Shown here: in pieces, positions 34,603 through 35,512 of the stretch
Layout of the letters: each line of letters begins with the position of its first letter
How positions within the stretch are numbered: the stretch's first letter is position 1
Assembly (NCBI RefSeq): GCF_001194135.2
Contig: NC_068987.1
Location: 34,374,839 to 34,410,350 of the forward strand
Direction of reading: 5' to 3'
DNA from: Octopus bimaculoides
Lineage: Eukaryota
DNA length: 35,512 nt
Made by a program: the position numbers and the translations under genes
Notes under the pieces: model-generated
Seen by the model: the letters and a program-made list of their open reading frames with translations, nothing else
What the model was told of the DNA's origin: nothing
Databases searched by the model: none

Positions 34603-35512
34603 CTAATCAAATTTATTAGCTTTAACAATGGAGCACAAATCCAATCTCGTTGGTTATTATGTGATTTATATCCTCTGTCTTCTATTTACACTCAATTTAT
34701 AACACCGCTAAATGTTGCCAGAAACGAACCATTTAAATGAAAAATGATGTTAAGTACTTGATTAGTAGCAGAAACAATTCTAGAAGTCTTCTTACGATTT
34801 GAATTTTTTATAACTTTCCCTATACTCCTATGAATCTTAAAAGGAGCTAAATGAGTTTAGTGTTTTCTTTAAGAAAATGCACACATTTCTATTCGCTGAA
34901 GCTATTCGGAGTTATTTAGAGATTTCCAATTTTCATCTTACACAATATATTGCCCTGTCATATTCACAATCTGCAAGTTTAAACTCAGTATATGTTTCTC
35001 GATTCTTGTATACATACACACAGGCACGCACTGATAAACGGAAAAGAAATCCATACGCACACCCGCACACACACGCACACACACGTGTACACACAACACG
35101 CGTAAGCATATACGTCTGTTCGCGAATCACTATGCGTAAACATGCTTAAATTCCATGTTTCAAATTCCACTAAATGGATTTTACACGCGCACACACACAC
35201 ACCCACACAAACACACACCTATACGTGTGTGTTCACGCGTGAATGTACATATGTATATATATTAATATCTCTTCTGCATCTTTAACAAATTTCTATAAAT
35301 TCTCATAACACACAATATACATTATAACATTTTCATATTCGCAAAAACCTTACGCCAGTAAGCTACCAGCAAAGTAAGAAGAATCTTTGCTAGGAATCGC
35401 CCTTTGAAACCCTCCAAAGTAAAGGAATAAAAATATTTCAACCTTTTCACACACACACATATGAATTTATGAATAAATGTATACGAATATATTTATTTGT
35501 GTTTGTGCGTAT

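Noticed and set aside
1-35512. CRISPR array, rRNA/tRNA genes, hammerhead ribozyme, telomeric arrays
   Set aside because: I saw no repeat-spacer arrays. The tRNA-like boxes belong to SINE heads. The one CTGATGA noticed (about 31603) lacks a hammerhead core context, and there are no TTAGGG arrays.

Overview
AT-rich, microsatellite-dense eukaryotic genomic DNA from a gapped assembly (six N-runs, five flanked by simple repeats). The tRNA-derived SINE families and repeat landscape match what I recall from Octopus (coleoid cephalopod) genomes; that assignment is inference. Well-supported content is mobile DNA: a decayed, apparently chimeric Gypsy-type LTR element (7236-10517), a mariner DD34D transposon with TIRs (22957-24150), an R4/Dong-clade LINE lacking its RT core (17629-19450, minus), RTE- and CR1/L2-like RT fragments, six SINE copies and a Helitron-like 3' end. 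No host gene is recognisable by homology. Splice-site reading suggests the 3' end of a plus-strand gene (candidate exons 1036-1127, 4593-4608, 5732-5808) and a chain of small, phase-compatible minus-strand exons (34602 down to 6978). Both are unverified and could include pseudo-exons. Most ORFs in the supplied track are microsatellite or low-complexity artefacts. I found no CRISPR array, rRNA or tRNA gene, and no convincing novel multi-gene system.
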